A DNA stretch of 64,000 bases, taken from the human T2T-CHM13v2.0 reference genome, Homo sapiens. Position numbers and translations under genes: made by a program. Positions 1 through 18,495 of the stretch are shown here, piece after piece. The stretch lies in NCBI RefSeq assembly GCF_009914755.1, contig NC_060927.1; one strand, 5' to 3'. Each line of letters starts with the position of its first letter. Within the stretch, counting starts at the first letter, position 1. Under the pieces are notes generated by a model. It searched no databases. It was not told the DNA's origin and saw nothing but the letters and a program-made list of their open reading frames with translations.

Positions 1-405
1 ACCCTCTTTTTTTTTCCCTCTGTTCTTGGCTACACAGCCTTTAAAAATAGTAATTTTAAAAAAGACAACCAGACAAGCCAGAAATAACTACTGGTTCAAT
101 AAACCTCTGAACAAATATGGCAATTTTTGTTCCTGACAAGGAAATTCTAAATTCAGTTTCAGTCTCATGCCTTCTTCTATGAAGGAAATTAAGTCTAAAA
201 GATGGAGAAAAACAGAAATAGAAGTTAATTTAAGAAAACAAAATAATACCTGTAGAAATGAGAAAAGAGCAAAGGAACTTACTGAGGGGACAGCTAGTTT
301 GCAAGTGAGGAGGTGTGCTGCCCCGAGGCCTCGTTCTCCTCCCCATCTCAGGGCCCTGGAGGCAGCACATAGCATGATGCAGATATCAGGACAGGATATG
401 CCTGG

Positions 406-712
406 TTTTATTTTTTATTTTTATTTTTTTGAGACAGAGTCTCACTCCGTTGCCCAGGCTGGACTGCAGTGGGGTGATCTTGGCTCACTGTATCCTCCGC
501 CTCCTGGGTTCAAGTGATTTCTGTGCCTTAGCCTCCCAAGAAGCTGGGACTACAGGCATGTGCCACCACACCTGGCTAATTTTCGTATTTTTAGTACAGA
601 CAGGGTTTGGCCATGTTGGCCAGGCTGGTCTCAAACTCCTGGCCTCAAGTAATTGGCTCGCTTTGGCCTCCCAAAGTGCTGGGATTACAGGCATGAGCCA
701 CTGCACCTGGCC
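406..712 (-). mobile_element. Alu
   Basis: Full dimer; TSD GA(T/C)ATGCCTGGTTTTA. Confidence 0.95.
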
Positions 713-953
713 AGACATGCCTGGTTTTAAACCCCGGCTCTGCTTCTTTCTGGTGTCTGACACAGGCAAGTCACTGAACCTTCCTGTACCTCAGTGTTCC
801 CATCTATAAATTGGTACTCGACATTTCTACGGAATTCCAGACTTGTGAAGATTAAATGAGATGAAGTGTGTAAAACTATGGTAGAAAGGGGCACAAGGAA
901 ACTTGGGAATGATGGAAGTGTTCTATATTTTAGTTATAATGGTGGTTTCATGA

Positions 954-1298
<345 letters not shown>

Positions 1299-1629
1299 TG
1301 AGTACAGTTTATGGTATGCAAATTAAACCCAATAGAGTTGTTGAAAAAGCAGGCCCAAAAAACAACTCCCAGAAGACAGACAGCATGGAGTGAGTGTTTG
1401 GTTTATAACAGCTTTGTTCTCAATGCCTAACTGGGCAATGTGTCTTGTTTCCATGGCTGTGTCAGATCAGGGAAGGGAAAAACAAAAGCTGTACATTTGC
1501 TGTTGGACTCAGAGGCGGCGAGGCTGGTGGAGGGAGGTCCAGCTTGGGGTCAAGCACTTTCCTGATACTGCAGCCCAGAAAGCAACAAACAGAACCAATG
1601 GAACTGAGGGTAGGGGTGGGCCTTTCTGA

Positions 1630-2039
<410 letters not shown>

Positions 2040-2822
2040 TTAGAGAGGGCATGACAGACATTTCCTGCTACCAAACTGGGAATGGAAACCAAGAACATGT
2101 GTGGATTTTGACAGGATTATGGAAGACTAAATGGCCAGAACCAGACCTGAACTCTAGGGACCAGAGCTAGAGAAGTACCAATACACAGAGGGGAGAAAAT
2201 GGCAGTTAAATAAGTCCTCGCCCATTTCAGTGAACGGTCAAGACAGAAGTCCCCGTGCTTAAGTGAGAGACTGCATCCCCACCACTTAAGCCTGGAATGT
2301 TGCTTGTGAACACACAGCCTGGTCGGCGTGTGGCTGAGGGACCCTCCTACACCATCCACTCCCTCACCTTTTGCTACCCACCAGGTATGCGTGCCACACA
2401 CTAGGAAGCTACCAGCTGCGTGGGTCTCTATCAAGTCTGAAAGCCACACTGGCCATGCCCTTCTGGAAAGGCCAGCTGCCGGTCTCCAGAATCTGGGAAG
2501 CCTGCTGGCAGAGATTAACTTCTCACCCAAGTAACAGACGGTTGAAGTCACAGGCTGTCGTTAGTTATTCATGGTAACAGGGGCTAGAGTTAATAACACA
2601 CAAGGAAGTGAGCAGCCAGTGTCATGCACAAATCCCTTTAGATACCTTAGGTGAAAGGGCCTGAATGGTCTCATTGATCAGCACATAGGTGAAAGAGAAT
2701 GAACATTTACTGACCCCCATACTATATTATAGGTCCTATTCTAAATGATATATTCACAGGAACCTCATCTCTAAGGTATCTCTGTGATAACTAGTACCTA
2801 TTTTTAAAATATGGGTACTATG

Positions 2823-3135
<313 letters not shown>

Positions 3136-3938
3136 TTAAGGCTCAGAAAAGTCAAGAAAACGGTTTTCTCTTCTTCTCATCCTTTCTGTCATTGTTTAAA
3201 TAAGCTGAAATCTCTTGTTGTAGGAAAATTTTAAAAAGCATCTTTAAAAGAAATCACCTTAAAAATAACAACAGCAAGCAAGCAAACAAAACAAACCCCT
3301 ACAACCTCTTTGGACCTCTGATCTTCTTCCAGCTCTATCGTTTGTGTCTTCCCTATTCCGCTTCATGCAGCAGCAGAAATTTGAACCCGAGTTGTCAGTC
3401 CTTGGCCTTCTTCCTCCCTGCATCTTATTCCTGTATGCACTGCAGCGTGGCTATGGTACATCCCCCACCCTCCACATACACACTGAAAACACAAGGCTGT
3501 CAGAACCTCCTTCACACAGTGAAGCCAACGCATACATGTTAGCTTTCATTTACTTGTTTTCTATAGCCTCTGGGTTTACTGAGCACTTCCTCCACATCTG
3601 GAAACACACTTCCTGTAAAACGTCACCTTCTGTGACACCTCAATTTCCAGTCTCTATCTCATCATCTACTGCTTTTCTGTGTCTTTGAGGAACCCAGTTT
3701 ACTAGAGTTTCCTTTAGGGTTGAGACAGTGTTTACTCAACTTGTATACACAGCACCTAGGATCCTGCCAAATGATGGGATGTGGAATGAATGAATGGATC
3801 AATGTCCAATCAGCCAGTACAACGAAGAGTGATTATCCAAACCCAGATGGATCCAATTCCAAAATCCTTGTTTGACCCACTCCCCCAAGTTGACTTTTCT
3901 CCAATTTGAAGCAATTCATCTGGTGAAGATACTCTTGT

Positions 3939-3941
<3 letters not shown>

Positions 3942-3987
<46 letters not shown>
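3942..3987. repeat. (AC)n microsatellite
   Basis: About 23 uninterrupted units. Confidence 0.98.
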
Positions 3988-3990
<3 letters not shown>

Positions 3991-4689
3991 TCTTACAAGG
4001 ACACAGATAGCTTAAATGTTAAACTCTCAGACACTGTTAACAATCTGTATATCCAGCCCAAGCATATAAACCAGAATTCCTGCCCAGCAGCTTAAAGCTT
4101 TAACAACTGCATTGCAGTGGGAACATAAAGATCATTTTGGACCCGCAAAACCTGCATTTAGTGCTCATTCAACTAGGGCTAGCAAACAACCCATTTGGCT
4201 GTGGGTGTGGCTCATGAGATGGTGCAACTTCAGCACCTCACTGGAACATTAACAACTCAGGGTGGGTATGGGCCTGCTTCAAGGCGACATATTGGACCAA
4301 CAGGAAGCTTGGTGCTTATGCTTGATTTTCTTGGGCAGGTGAATGATCAGAATTGGCAAGTAGCTCCCGCCTGGCACAAAGCAACAGGAACAGAAGAAAG
4401 ATGAGGAAAGTTCTAGAAGATTGCTCAAACTGTGCTTTCAGCACTTGTCCCAGTCTGTAACTTGTTATTAGGTATGCAACAAGGCAAGTAGAAACACCCA
4501 GAAAGTTTTTAGAAACTTTTGCAACAATTTGACAGGGGAATTTTATGTCTACTTAATTTAACACAGATTGTGCTTATATTTAGAATCTATTTTATTTTAT
4601 ATTAATTCATTTTTATTGCATTTTACGAAGTATTAATCAGCTAATGACTACAAAAAATGTGTAAGAGTTCACAAAGAATTTGAAAAGTA

Positions 4690-5360
4690 GTGAAATAGAA
4701 AACTACAAAACCAACTCATTAAAAGACACTGTGAGTTTGAAAAGATAAGCCACAGAATGAGAGAAAATACTTGCAACACATTAATTATGAATATTTCATG
4801 TAAAAATTCTATAATATGTAAATGATCAAATTCAAATCAATTAGAAAAATGGGAAAAGTACCTGGACATTTTACACAAAGAAATTCTAATGCCCTATTAA
4901 CATGTGATAAGTGCTTGACCTCACTATTATCAGAGAAATGAATATTACAACTACAAATCACCACAGAGCTGTCACCAGACTGGCAGTCCTAAAGCTGATG
5001 AGGTGCTGAACGACAAGGACTCTCAGACACAGCTGATGGGAGAGCAGACTGGGCAAATACTTTAGAGAACACTTTGGCAGCATCAGCTGCAGCTGAACAC
5101 ACACATACTCCATGGGCAGCAATTCTACTGCTAGGAACCAACTGAAATGTGTTCACATGGGAACCAAAGGAGGCTAAGGACAATTATAGCAGCATAGTTT
5201 GTGACAGCCACAAAATGAAAATAAGCAAAATGTCCACCAACAGCTGATTGGATAAATAAATAGTGGTGTATTCACACTGTGGATAGTAAATAGCAGTGAA
5301 GACTATAGTAGCAGTGAAACCACAGCTTCAGGCAACAACGTGAATGAATCTCACAGGTGT
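4690..5360 (+). mobile_element. Old L1ME 3' remnant
   Basis: CAGCAATTCTACTGCTAGG, GGATAAATAAATAGTGGTGTATTCA motifs. Confidence 0.7.
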
Positions 5361-6504
5361 GACAGCACCCTAGGTCTCATCTGAGTTCTCTCATGGGATC
5401 TGCAGGACATTCCAGGGACAAACTGTCCTATAAGTTCAGTAACATCATGGTGCTGGAGTTATTTCCCTCTATAGAACCAAACTCTGCTTGGTACCTAGAT
5501 GTCATGGGAGGTCAGGGAGGGGGTTCTTGAAAAAGTCTTGGAGTGAGAGGAGCACTGTGAGATAAGGGAACAATTCAGGGTCTAGCATGAGGTCCGAGGT
5601 ATAGGAGTCACAAGCCAGGTCAGCCATGGGGCTGCCCCAATCGCCTGCTGGCTGCTGCGTCCCTGTTGGGGTGGGGAGGCCAGGCCTGGCTGTGGCTGGA
5701 CACAGCGATTTCTGCTGCTGGAGAAATTCCCAAGGGGCTGGGCAGCAGGGGTTAAGGAGGCTGCAGTAACCTGGGACTCCTAGAAATGTGATGTTGATGG
5801 AATGGGGACATCTGGGGAAATCAGATCAGGTTTGGGGAACTCAGTGTCCACTAGGACTCTTTTTAGTTTCAACTAACTATTCAGACTCCACAGGTCACTC
5901 CTGGCATTCAGAAGGCTCCAGGCCAGGGAGCAGAGCAAGGCCACTGGGAAGCAGCAAGCAAGTCTCATCCGTGGGAATAGCCCTTGCAGCAGTTCCATAC
6001 AGCTGTCCTGGAGTTCGTCTCCTCGCTCCACCCCTCACCACCCCTGCTTTCCTCCCAAGATTGCTCAGGTGGATCAGAACTCATATGTGTGGTGTGGATC
6101 AATAGTGCTTGGAAGCCCCATGCCCCATAAGAGTCTGAATGTCTTGCAACAACCCACAGAATAGTTCTCAGGGTCCTCACAAAGGTCATGCTCAGATACA
6201 AGAATCACCACCCTCAGGGCAGCCCAGAGCTGGGCTTCCTAACACATATTCATTATAGTCTTCCCAGCCCAGTTTACCAATTGGGGGTCATTTTCACCAG
6301 AAGCAATGCTGCTTTGTACCACTGCTGATGTTCCGACTTGACCAGGTTTCCAGGGAAATAAACTAGAAAGTTAACTCAAGGTCAACTGTGTACTTAGAGA
6401 AGTGGGGATTTTAACTTGTTAACCCTTTACTCCCAGCATGGAAGATGAAGAGCTCAGTTGTGCATTTGAAATGCTACAGGAATCCCCAAGTGGAGATGTT
6501 GCTA

Positions 6505-6888
<384 letters not shown>

Positions 6889-8883
6889 TCAGCCTATGAG
6901 AAAACAGACTTAAAACACAACTCTCCCCTGCCGCCCACCGTACCCTCAACTGTGATCACAGGGGCTGTTTCTTGGTCACCCTGGCAACTCCAAGGCCTGG
7001 CAGAATGCCTGGAATAGAAGAGGCACTCAAAAATACTTGTTGCGTGAATAAACGCCACATAAAGTGCTGCAACTTTGCATTTTAAAGTTGCCAAACAATG
7101 TTACCTTCTAATGTTTCCTTGAAAGGAGGGTCTGGAGATACATACCTAGCAGCAAGCTCCTTTTTGCCGTATTTTATAAGTGAATAGGAACTCTGACAAA
7201 GGCTAAATGTTACAGACTACAGAGTACAGCAGAGGGTATCTTTCCCCCCTTCCCCGCCCACAACCTCAACACCAACAGCAACACCGTTATCAGTTTGGTA
7301 TACACAAAAATTACACACACACACACACTATATATATATATATACACACACACACATATATATACACACATATATACAAATACAGACATATTTCTTTTTT
7401 TTACATAAATGGGATTTATATCATATGTATTATTGAGTACCCTGCTTTTAAAAAATTGATTATTTTTTAGGTTCACATCAAAGTTGAGCAGAAAGTACAG
7501 AGAGTTCCCCTATACCCCCGACCCTTCCACGCACACAGCTTCTCCCACTATTAGCATTCTGCACCAGAGTGGTCCATTTGTGAAAACTGATGAAACTCCA
7601 CTGATACCTCATTATCACCCAAAGTCCATAACTTACCTCAAGGTTACCATAATTTACTCAGTGTTGCACATTCTATGGGTTTTGACAAATGCACAGTGAC
7701 ACATATCCACCATTATTGTATCATACAGAATAGTTTCACTGCCCCAAAGTCCTCTGTGCTCTGCTTATTTATACCTTCCTTCTCCCTAAAGATTGCAACA
7801 GCTGATCCTTTTACTGTCTCCATAGTTTGCCTTTTCCAGAATTCACATAGTTGGAATCATAATACGTAGCCTTTTCAGATTGGCTTCTTTCACTTAGTAA
7901 CATGCAATTAAAGCTCCTCCATGTCTTCTTATGGCTTGAGAGCTCATTTCTTTTTAGCACTGAATATTATTCCATTGTCTGGATGTATCACAGTTTATTT
8001 ATCTATTCACCTACTGAAGTACATCTTGGTTGCTTCCGAGTTTTGGCAACAATGAATAAAGCTGCTATACACATCCATTTACAGGTTTTTGTGTGAACAT
8101 TAGTTTCTGGTTCACTTGGGTAAATACCAAAGAGCGTGACTGCTGGATTGTATGGGAAGAGTATGTTTAGTTTTGTAAGAACTGCCAAACTGTCTTCCAA
8201 AATGGCTGTACCATTTTGCATTCCCACCAGCAATGAATGAGTGTTCCTGTTGCTCCACATCCTTGCTAGCATTTGTTGGTTTGTGTTCTGGATTGCAAAT
8301 ATTTTCCCAAGTCTGTGACCCATCTTATTCTCTAGACATTGTCTTTTGCAGAACAGAAGTTTTAAATTTTAATGAATCCCAGCTTATCAATTATTTCTTT
8401 CATGCATCATGCCTTTAGTCTAAGAAGTCATTGCCATACCCAAGGTCATTTAGGTTTTCTCCTATGATAACTTCTAGCAGTCTTACAGTTTTGGGTTTTA
8501 CATTTAGGTCTATGGTCCATCTCGAGTTAATTTTTGTGAAGGGTGTAAGGTCTGCGTCTAGGTAATCGTTTTTGCATGTGGATGTCCAATTGTTCCAGCA
8601 GTTATGTAAAAGAGACTATCTTTGCTTCATTGTATTGCCTTTTCTCCTTAGTCAAAGATGAATCAACTATATTTATGTGGGTCTATTTCTGGGCTCTCTA
8701 CTCTGATCCATTGATATTTGTCAGCTCTTTCACCAATATCACACTATCTTGATTGCTGTAGCTTTATAGATGTCTTCAGGTCCAACAGGTTCAGCCCTTT
8801 GACTTTGTTTTTCTCCTTCAATATTTAGTTGGTTACTCTGGGTCTATTACCTCTCCATATAAACTACAGACTTTGTTTGTTAA

Positions 8884-9013
8884 CCCATTTATGCCAGAGG
8901 TTGCAAATTTTTTTGTGTCAAAAATCAGACCTTGGTGATGACCTTGAGAAGTAGGATATAAATAACTCCCACAAGCTTAGCATTCCAACAATGGAACACG
9001 AGGCATAAATGGG
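8884..9013 (-). mobile_element. MER85 (PGBD3-derived piggyBac MITE)
   Basis: TTAA TSDs at 8880-8883 and 9014-9017; 12-bp perfect TIRs CCCATTTATGCC/GGCATAAATGGG; internal imperfect palindrome ATTCCAacaaTGGAAC at 8982-8997. Confidence 0.92.
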
Positions 9014-9548
9014 TTAATATCCGTAAAAGTAACTTGCTGAATTTTTTATTGGGATGTGTTCAATCTATAGATCAAGTTGGGAAAAACTGACGTCTTCACA
9101 ATCCATGAACATAGACTATTTCTCCATTTATTTAGTTCTTCTTTGATATATTTCATCAGAGTTTTACAGTATTCTTCATCTAGATCTACAGATCTTGTAC
9201 GTAATTTGTTAGATTTATACCTAAGAATTTCATTTTTCCTTGGGGTGCTAGTATAAATGGTAACATGGTGTTTTTTGGCTTTTTTGTTTTTTTGAGATAG
9301 GGTCTCACTCTGTCGCCCAGGCTGGAGTGCAGTGGTGGGATCATGGCTCTCTGCAGCCTTGACCTCTTGGGTTTAAGTGATCCTCCCACCTCGGCCTTCC
9401 AAAGTCTTGGGATTATAGGCATGAGCCACTGCACACAACTGGTAATGTGTTTTTAATTTAAAATTTCACTATTTAATTGCTGGTCCACAGGAAAGTGATT
9501 AACTTTTGTACGTTAACCTTGTATCCTGCAATCCTGCTATAATTGCTT

Positions 9549-9608
9549 TTTTTAAAAAAATTATACTTTAAGTTCTGGGATACATGTGCAGAACGTGCGG
9601 GTTTGTTA
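9549..9608 (-). mobile_element. Extremely 5'-truncated L1PA 3' end (~60 bp)
   Basis: TTATACTTTAAGTTCTGGGATACATGTGCAGAACGTGC is the L1PA terminus; TSD CTATAA(T/C)TGCTT at 9537-9548 and 9609-9620. Confidence 0.8.
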
Positions 9609-10151
9609 CTATAACTGCTTATTAGTTCCAGCTTTTTGTTGTTGTTGATTCTTTCAGATTTTGTACATAGACAATCATGTTATCTGCAGATAAAGACAGT
9701 TTCAGTTGTTCCTTCGCAATCTATATTTTCTTTTCTTATTTTATTGAAATTAGCTAGGATTTCCAGTACAATGCTGAAAAGCAGTGGTGAAAAGAGACAT
9801 CTTGCCTTGTTTCTGATCTTAGTAAGAAAGCTTCAAATTTCTACCCTTAATCATGATGTTAGCTGTAGGTTTTTTTGTTTTGTTTTTGTTTTTGTTTTTA
9901 GATGTTTTCTATTGAGTTGAAGAAGTTCCCCTCTATTCCTGGTTTGTTAGGAGTTTTTATCATGAATGGGTGTTGGATTTTGTCAAATGCCTTTTCTGCA
10001 TCTATCAATATAATTATGTGATTTTTCTTCCATAACCTCTTGATGTGATGGACCATATTAATTTTGAAGACTAGCCTTGCACACCTGGGATAAATCCCAC
10101 TTGGTTTTGGTGTACAAATCTTTGTATACATTGTTGAATTTTGTTTGCTAA

Positions 10152-10505
<354 letters not shown>

Positions 10506-10613
10506 CGGTCTGTAGTCTTTTTTGTAATGTCTTTGTTTGGTTTTGGTGTTAGGGTAATACTAGCCTCATAGAATGGCTTAGAAAGTATTCCTTCTGCTAA
10601 CTTCTGGAAAAGA

Positions 10614-10850
10614 TTGTAGAAAATTGGCATAATTTCTGCCACTAGTGAACCCTCTGGGCTTGATGCTTTCTTTGGAAGGTTGTAGAGGATTGGCATAATT
10701 TCTGCCTTAAATGTTTGGCAGAATCCACTAGTGAACCCTCTGGGCTTGGTGCTTTCTTTGGAAGGTTGTAGAGAATTGGCATAATTTCTGCCTTAAATGT
10801 TTGGCAGAATCCACTAGTGAATGCTCTGGGCTTGTGCTTTCTTTGGAAGG
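10614..10850. repeat. Tandem triplication of an ~86-bp L1 ORF2 segment
   Basis: Units 10614-10679 (66 nt), 10680-10765 (86 nt) and 10766-10850 (85 nt). Confidence 0.9.
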
Positions 10851-11034
10851 TAATTAGTTATTGATTCAATTTATTTATTTATTTAATAGCTATAGGCCTG
10901 TTCAGATTGCCCATTTCTTCTCTACAATGGGACAATTTAATGTAGGTTATCAAATTTGTAGGCATAGAGTTGTTCATAATATTCCTTTATTATCCTTTTA
11001 ATGTCCATAGGATCTGTAGTGATGTCCCCTCTTT

Positions 11035-11430
11035 TTTTTAAAAGCATAACCAATTGTTTAATCAGTTTTATGTGACCTATGAGCCTTCAGAAATCAATAC
11101 CCGAAGAACCAGGGAAAACTGTTGATTTTTATGTTTAGATTCAAAGAAGAATGGACAGCTGTGTAGAAATGTGATTGGACAAAAGGGGTATGATCTAATG
11201 GTAATATACTAAAGGGGGAAACCCAGCAAGGTTTGTTTGTTGAGCTTCTTGTTGGCCTCTCTGTGTAGCATTATTTTCTCCTAGATATAGGCAGAACCTC
11301 TCTGGAATATAGGTCTTATGACCTATTACCAAACAAGGTAGGTCAAGTTATTTCTTTCAGGCTGGGTGCTACACAGAAAGGTGGGAGAAGGCTAGAATAG
11401 TATTTCCAAGTTTTACGGCTTGCTTTGGGG
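11035..11430. mobile_element. ERV1-class LTR fragment (MER39/MER34-group-like) inserted in the L1
   Basis: Non-L1 block interrupting L1 ORF2; resembles recalled MER4-group LTR consensus. Confidence 0.5.
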
Positions 11431-11576
11431 TTTCATTTTCAATATTAGTAATTTGCATCTTCTCTCATAGTCTGGCTAGAGGCTTATCCATTTTATTGCT
11501 CTTTTCAAAAAACCAACATTTTTTTCCATTGATTTTATGTTTGTAATTTTACTGATTTCTACTCTAATTTTTATTA

Positions 11577-13728
<2,152 letters not shown>

Positions 13729-14561
13729 TATTTCTTTTCTTCTGTTTAATTTAGATTTAACTTGCTCTTCTTTTTTGAGTTTTCTAAAGTGGAGGCTAAG
13801 ATTATTGATTTTAGATTTTTCTTTTTTTCTAATATATGTATTCACTGCTATAAGTTTGCCTCTAAGCACTGCTTCTCACAACTTTTGAAAAGTATTTTCA
13901 TTCTCATGTGGTTAAAAATATTTTAAAATTCTCTTGAGATATCTTCTTTGACCCATGCATTATTTAAAAGTATGTTGTTTAATCTCCAAGGACTTTGGGA
14001 TTTTCCAGCTATCATTCTGTTATTGTTTTCTACCTTAATTCCACTGTGGTCTGAGAGCAGACATCATATTCCTATTCTTTAAAATTTGTTAATTTGTGTT
14101 TTACGGCCCAGGATGTGGTTGATCCTAGCAAATGTTCCATGTGAGCCTGAGAAGAATGTGTAATCAGCTGTTGTTGGATAAAGTAGTCTAAATATGTCAA
14201 TTATATCTAGTTAACTAAAGGGGCTGTCAAGTTCAACTATGTGCTTGCTGATCTGCCTGCCAGATCTGTCCATTTCTGACAGAGGGGTGTTTAAATCTCC
14301 AACTACAACAGTGGATTCATCTATTTATCCTTGCAGTTCTATCAGTTTTTCCTCATGTATTTTGGCATCCTGTTGTTAGGCACATATACATTAAAGATGG
14401 TTATGTCTTCTTAGAATATTGACCTCTTTACCATTATGTAATTCTTCTCTTTATCCCTGATAACTTTTCTTGATCTGAAGTCTGCTCTATCTAAAACGAG
14501 TATAGCTACTCCCACTTTATTTTGATTAGTGTTAGCATGGTATATCTTTCTCCATCCCTTT

Positions 14562-14862
14562 CCTTTTTGTTTTTTGAGACGGAGTCTTGCTCTGTCACCC
14601 AAGCTGGAGTGCAGTGGTGTGATCTCGGCTCACTGCAAGCTCTGCCTCCCAGGTTCATGCCATTCTCCTGCCTCAGCCTCCTGAGTAGCTGGGACTACAG
14701 GTGCCTGCCACTACACTAGGCTAATTTTTTGTATTTTTTTTTTTTTAGTAGAGACAGGGTTTCACCGTGTTAGCCAGGATGGTCTCGATCTCCTGACCTC
14801 GTGATCCACCCGCCTTGGCCTCCCAAAGTGCTGGGATTACAGGCGTGAGCCACCGCACCCAG
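14562..14862 (-). mobile_element. AluY-like
   Basis: Full dimer with Y diagnostics. Confidence 0.93.
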
Positions 14863-15676
14863 CTCCCTTTACTTTTTATCTATATGTGTCTTTATACTTA
14901 CAGTGGGTTTCTTATAGACAACATATAGTTAGGTCTTGTTTTTTAACACACTCTGATAATACCTGCCTTTTAATTAGTGTATCTAGACCATTGATGTCTA
15001 AAGTGATCATTGATATAATTGGATAACCACTATAATTGTTATTGTTTTCTATTTGTTACCGTATTTTCTGTTTCTATTTTTGTCTTCTATGTTTTTTAAG
15101 TCTTTTATGGTTTTAATTGAGCATTTTATATAATTCCATTTTCTTTCCTTTCTTAACGTATCAATTATACTTGTTTTTTTATTTTTATTCTTTATCTTTT
15201 TTAGTTGTTGCCCTGGTGGTTGCAATACACATTTACAAGTCCAACTCCACTTTCAAATAACACTATACTATACTTCACAGGTAGTGCAAGTACCTTATAA
15301 TAACAAAATATGCCTAATTCCTCCTGCCCCCTGTATCATTGGTGTCATTCAGTTCACTATTGAATTGCTGCTATTATTTTGTACAAACTATTATCTCTCT
15401 GATCACTAAGAATACAAAAAAGTAAGTTTTTACTTTACCTTCACTTATTTATTCTCTGATGTTCTTCCTTTATTTACATAGGTCTGAGTTTCTGACCTAT
15501 ATCATTTCCCTGCTCCCTAAAGAACTTCTTTTAACACTTCTTGCAAGACAGGTCTACTGGCCACAAATTCTCTCATTTTTTGTTTGTTTGAGAAAGCCTT
15601 TATTTCTCTTTCACTTTTGACGGACAATTTCTTAGGGCATACAATTTTAGGTTAATGGGGTTTTTTTTCCTCTTAA

Positions 15677-16007
<331 letters not shown>

Positions 16008-17827
16008 TTACACTGTCTTCTTTCTTGCATGGTTTCAGAGGAGGAATTGCATATAATTCTTACTTTTGCTCGTCCATAGATAAGGTAGGGTTTTTTCCTC
16101 TAGATTCTTTCAAGATTTTAAATTTATCTTTAAATTTTTTTGTAGTTTGTTAATGATATGCCAGGGTGTAGTTTTTTGGGTATTTATCCTACTTGGTGTA
16201 CTCTGAGCTCCCCAGATCTGTGGTTGGTTGTCCGACATTAATTTGATGAAATTCTTGGTCATTACGGTTTCAAATATTGCTTCTGTTCCTTTCTTCCTTC
16301 TCCTTCTGATACTTCCATTATGTGTGTGTTATAATTTTTGTGGTACCCCATAGTTCTTGGATATTCTGTTCTCTTTTTTTGTCTTTTATTTCTCTTTGTT
16401 TTTCAGTTTTTGGAAGTTTCTATTGCCATATCTTCAACCGCAGATATTTTCTCCTCAGCTGTGTCCAGTCTACTGATGAGCCTATTTCTGTTACAGTGCT
16501 CTTGATCTCTCACATTTCTTTTTGATTCCTTAGAATTGCCACCTCTCTGTTGCTATTACCCATCTGTTCTTGTATGTCATCTAATTCTCCCATTAATGCC
16601 CTGAGCATAGTTATCATAGCATTTTAAAATTCCTGGTCTAATAAATTCAATGTTCCCGCCCTATCTGAGTCTAGCTCTGATGCTTGTTTTCAGTCTTTTC
16701 AAACTGTATCTTTTGTCTTTTAGAATGCCTCGTAATTTTTGTTGAAAAGTGGACATGATGTTCTGAGCAAAAGCCACTGTGGTAAACAGGCCTTTGGGAA
16801 TGTGGTGGGAAGCTGTGGAGGGGAGAGGAAGTGTTCTAGAGTCCCATGACTAGGTCTCAGTCTTTTGTCAGCATGTGCCCCTGGACTGTGAACTTCATCA
16901 GTGCTTCTCATTTTTCCCCTCCCATCTAGGTGAGAGAGGATGGCTACAGGGAGCTGGAGTTGGGAATTTCCCTCCCTCCAGCAGGTCAGGCTCTGAAAAA
17001 ATATTTTGTTCCTGATCACAGGCCTTGTTAAGAAGAACAGAATATTCTGGGGTATTTCAAAATGGTTCTTTTTCCTCTCTGTTTGCTGGAAGCAAAAGAT
17101 TTTTCTCTGATATTTTCTGTAAGGACCTGATAGAGCTCCTGGAGGTAAAACTTCCAAAAGCATGGGGGCCCCTTGATGACTGGGTCCCCCTGGAGTTTTT
17201 AACTCACAAACTTGTCCACCCTGAGCTTCCAGCAATTCATCAATTACAGCTATGTTTTCCTACCCTGGCACTGGTTTCTTCCAATTGTTCTGCTTAGGTA
17301 ACTTGTGATTATCTGTTTTTACCTGTTTCTCCAATTCTAGGGACAGCAGTTTGCCCTGTGACCTCACTTTGCTGATGGATCTAAGAAGAGCTGTGGATGT
17401 GTCAGTTTGTTCAGCTTTTTACTTGTTATGATGGAGCAGTAACTTCTAAACTCCTGACATGCTGGGCCAGAAACCAGAAGTATTTTTCTTTTTTTCTTTA
17501 AATATTACAGCTCTTTCCACATTAATACTATAATCTACTTCAATCTTTGGTAGCAGACATTATTTAATCATTAGACAGATATTTATGTTGGTTCCAACTT
17601 TTCATGATTATAAATAATGCTTCAATGAACAGTCTCAAATGCACATTTTTGTACCTATCTTATTTCTTTAGGATAGACCTCTAGAAGTGGAACTGCTGCA
17701 TCAAAGTAATGTTACAATTAAAAAAAAATTCAAATTCAAATTTCCTCTTCTAATTTTACAGGTTGTTTTCCTTTAGTCTTTAGGCAGTCAAGTTACCTAA
17801 GAAGCATATTGCTTAAAAGAAGATAGA

Positions 17828-18495
<668 letters not shown>

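Noticed and set aside
429-809. 126-aa ORF and the many similar [18 protein letters not shown] ORFs across the window
   Set aside because: Translations of Alu sequence, not genes
10614-10850. Repeat array considered as CRISPR-like
   Set aside because: Head-to-tail units without unique spacers, in mammalian L1 sequence
16720-17235. 171-aa ORF
   Set aside because: Lies in the L1 5' region; no recognisable domain
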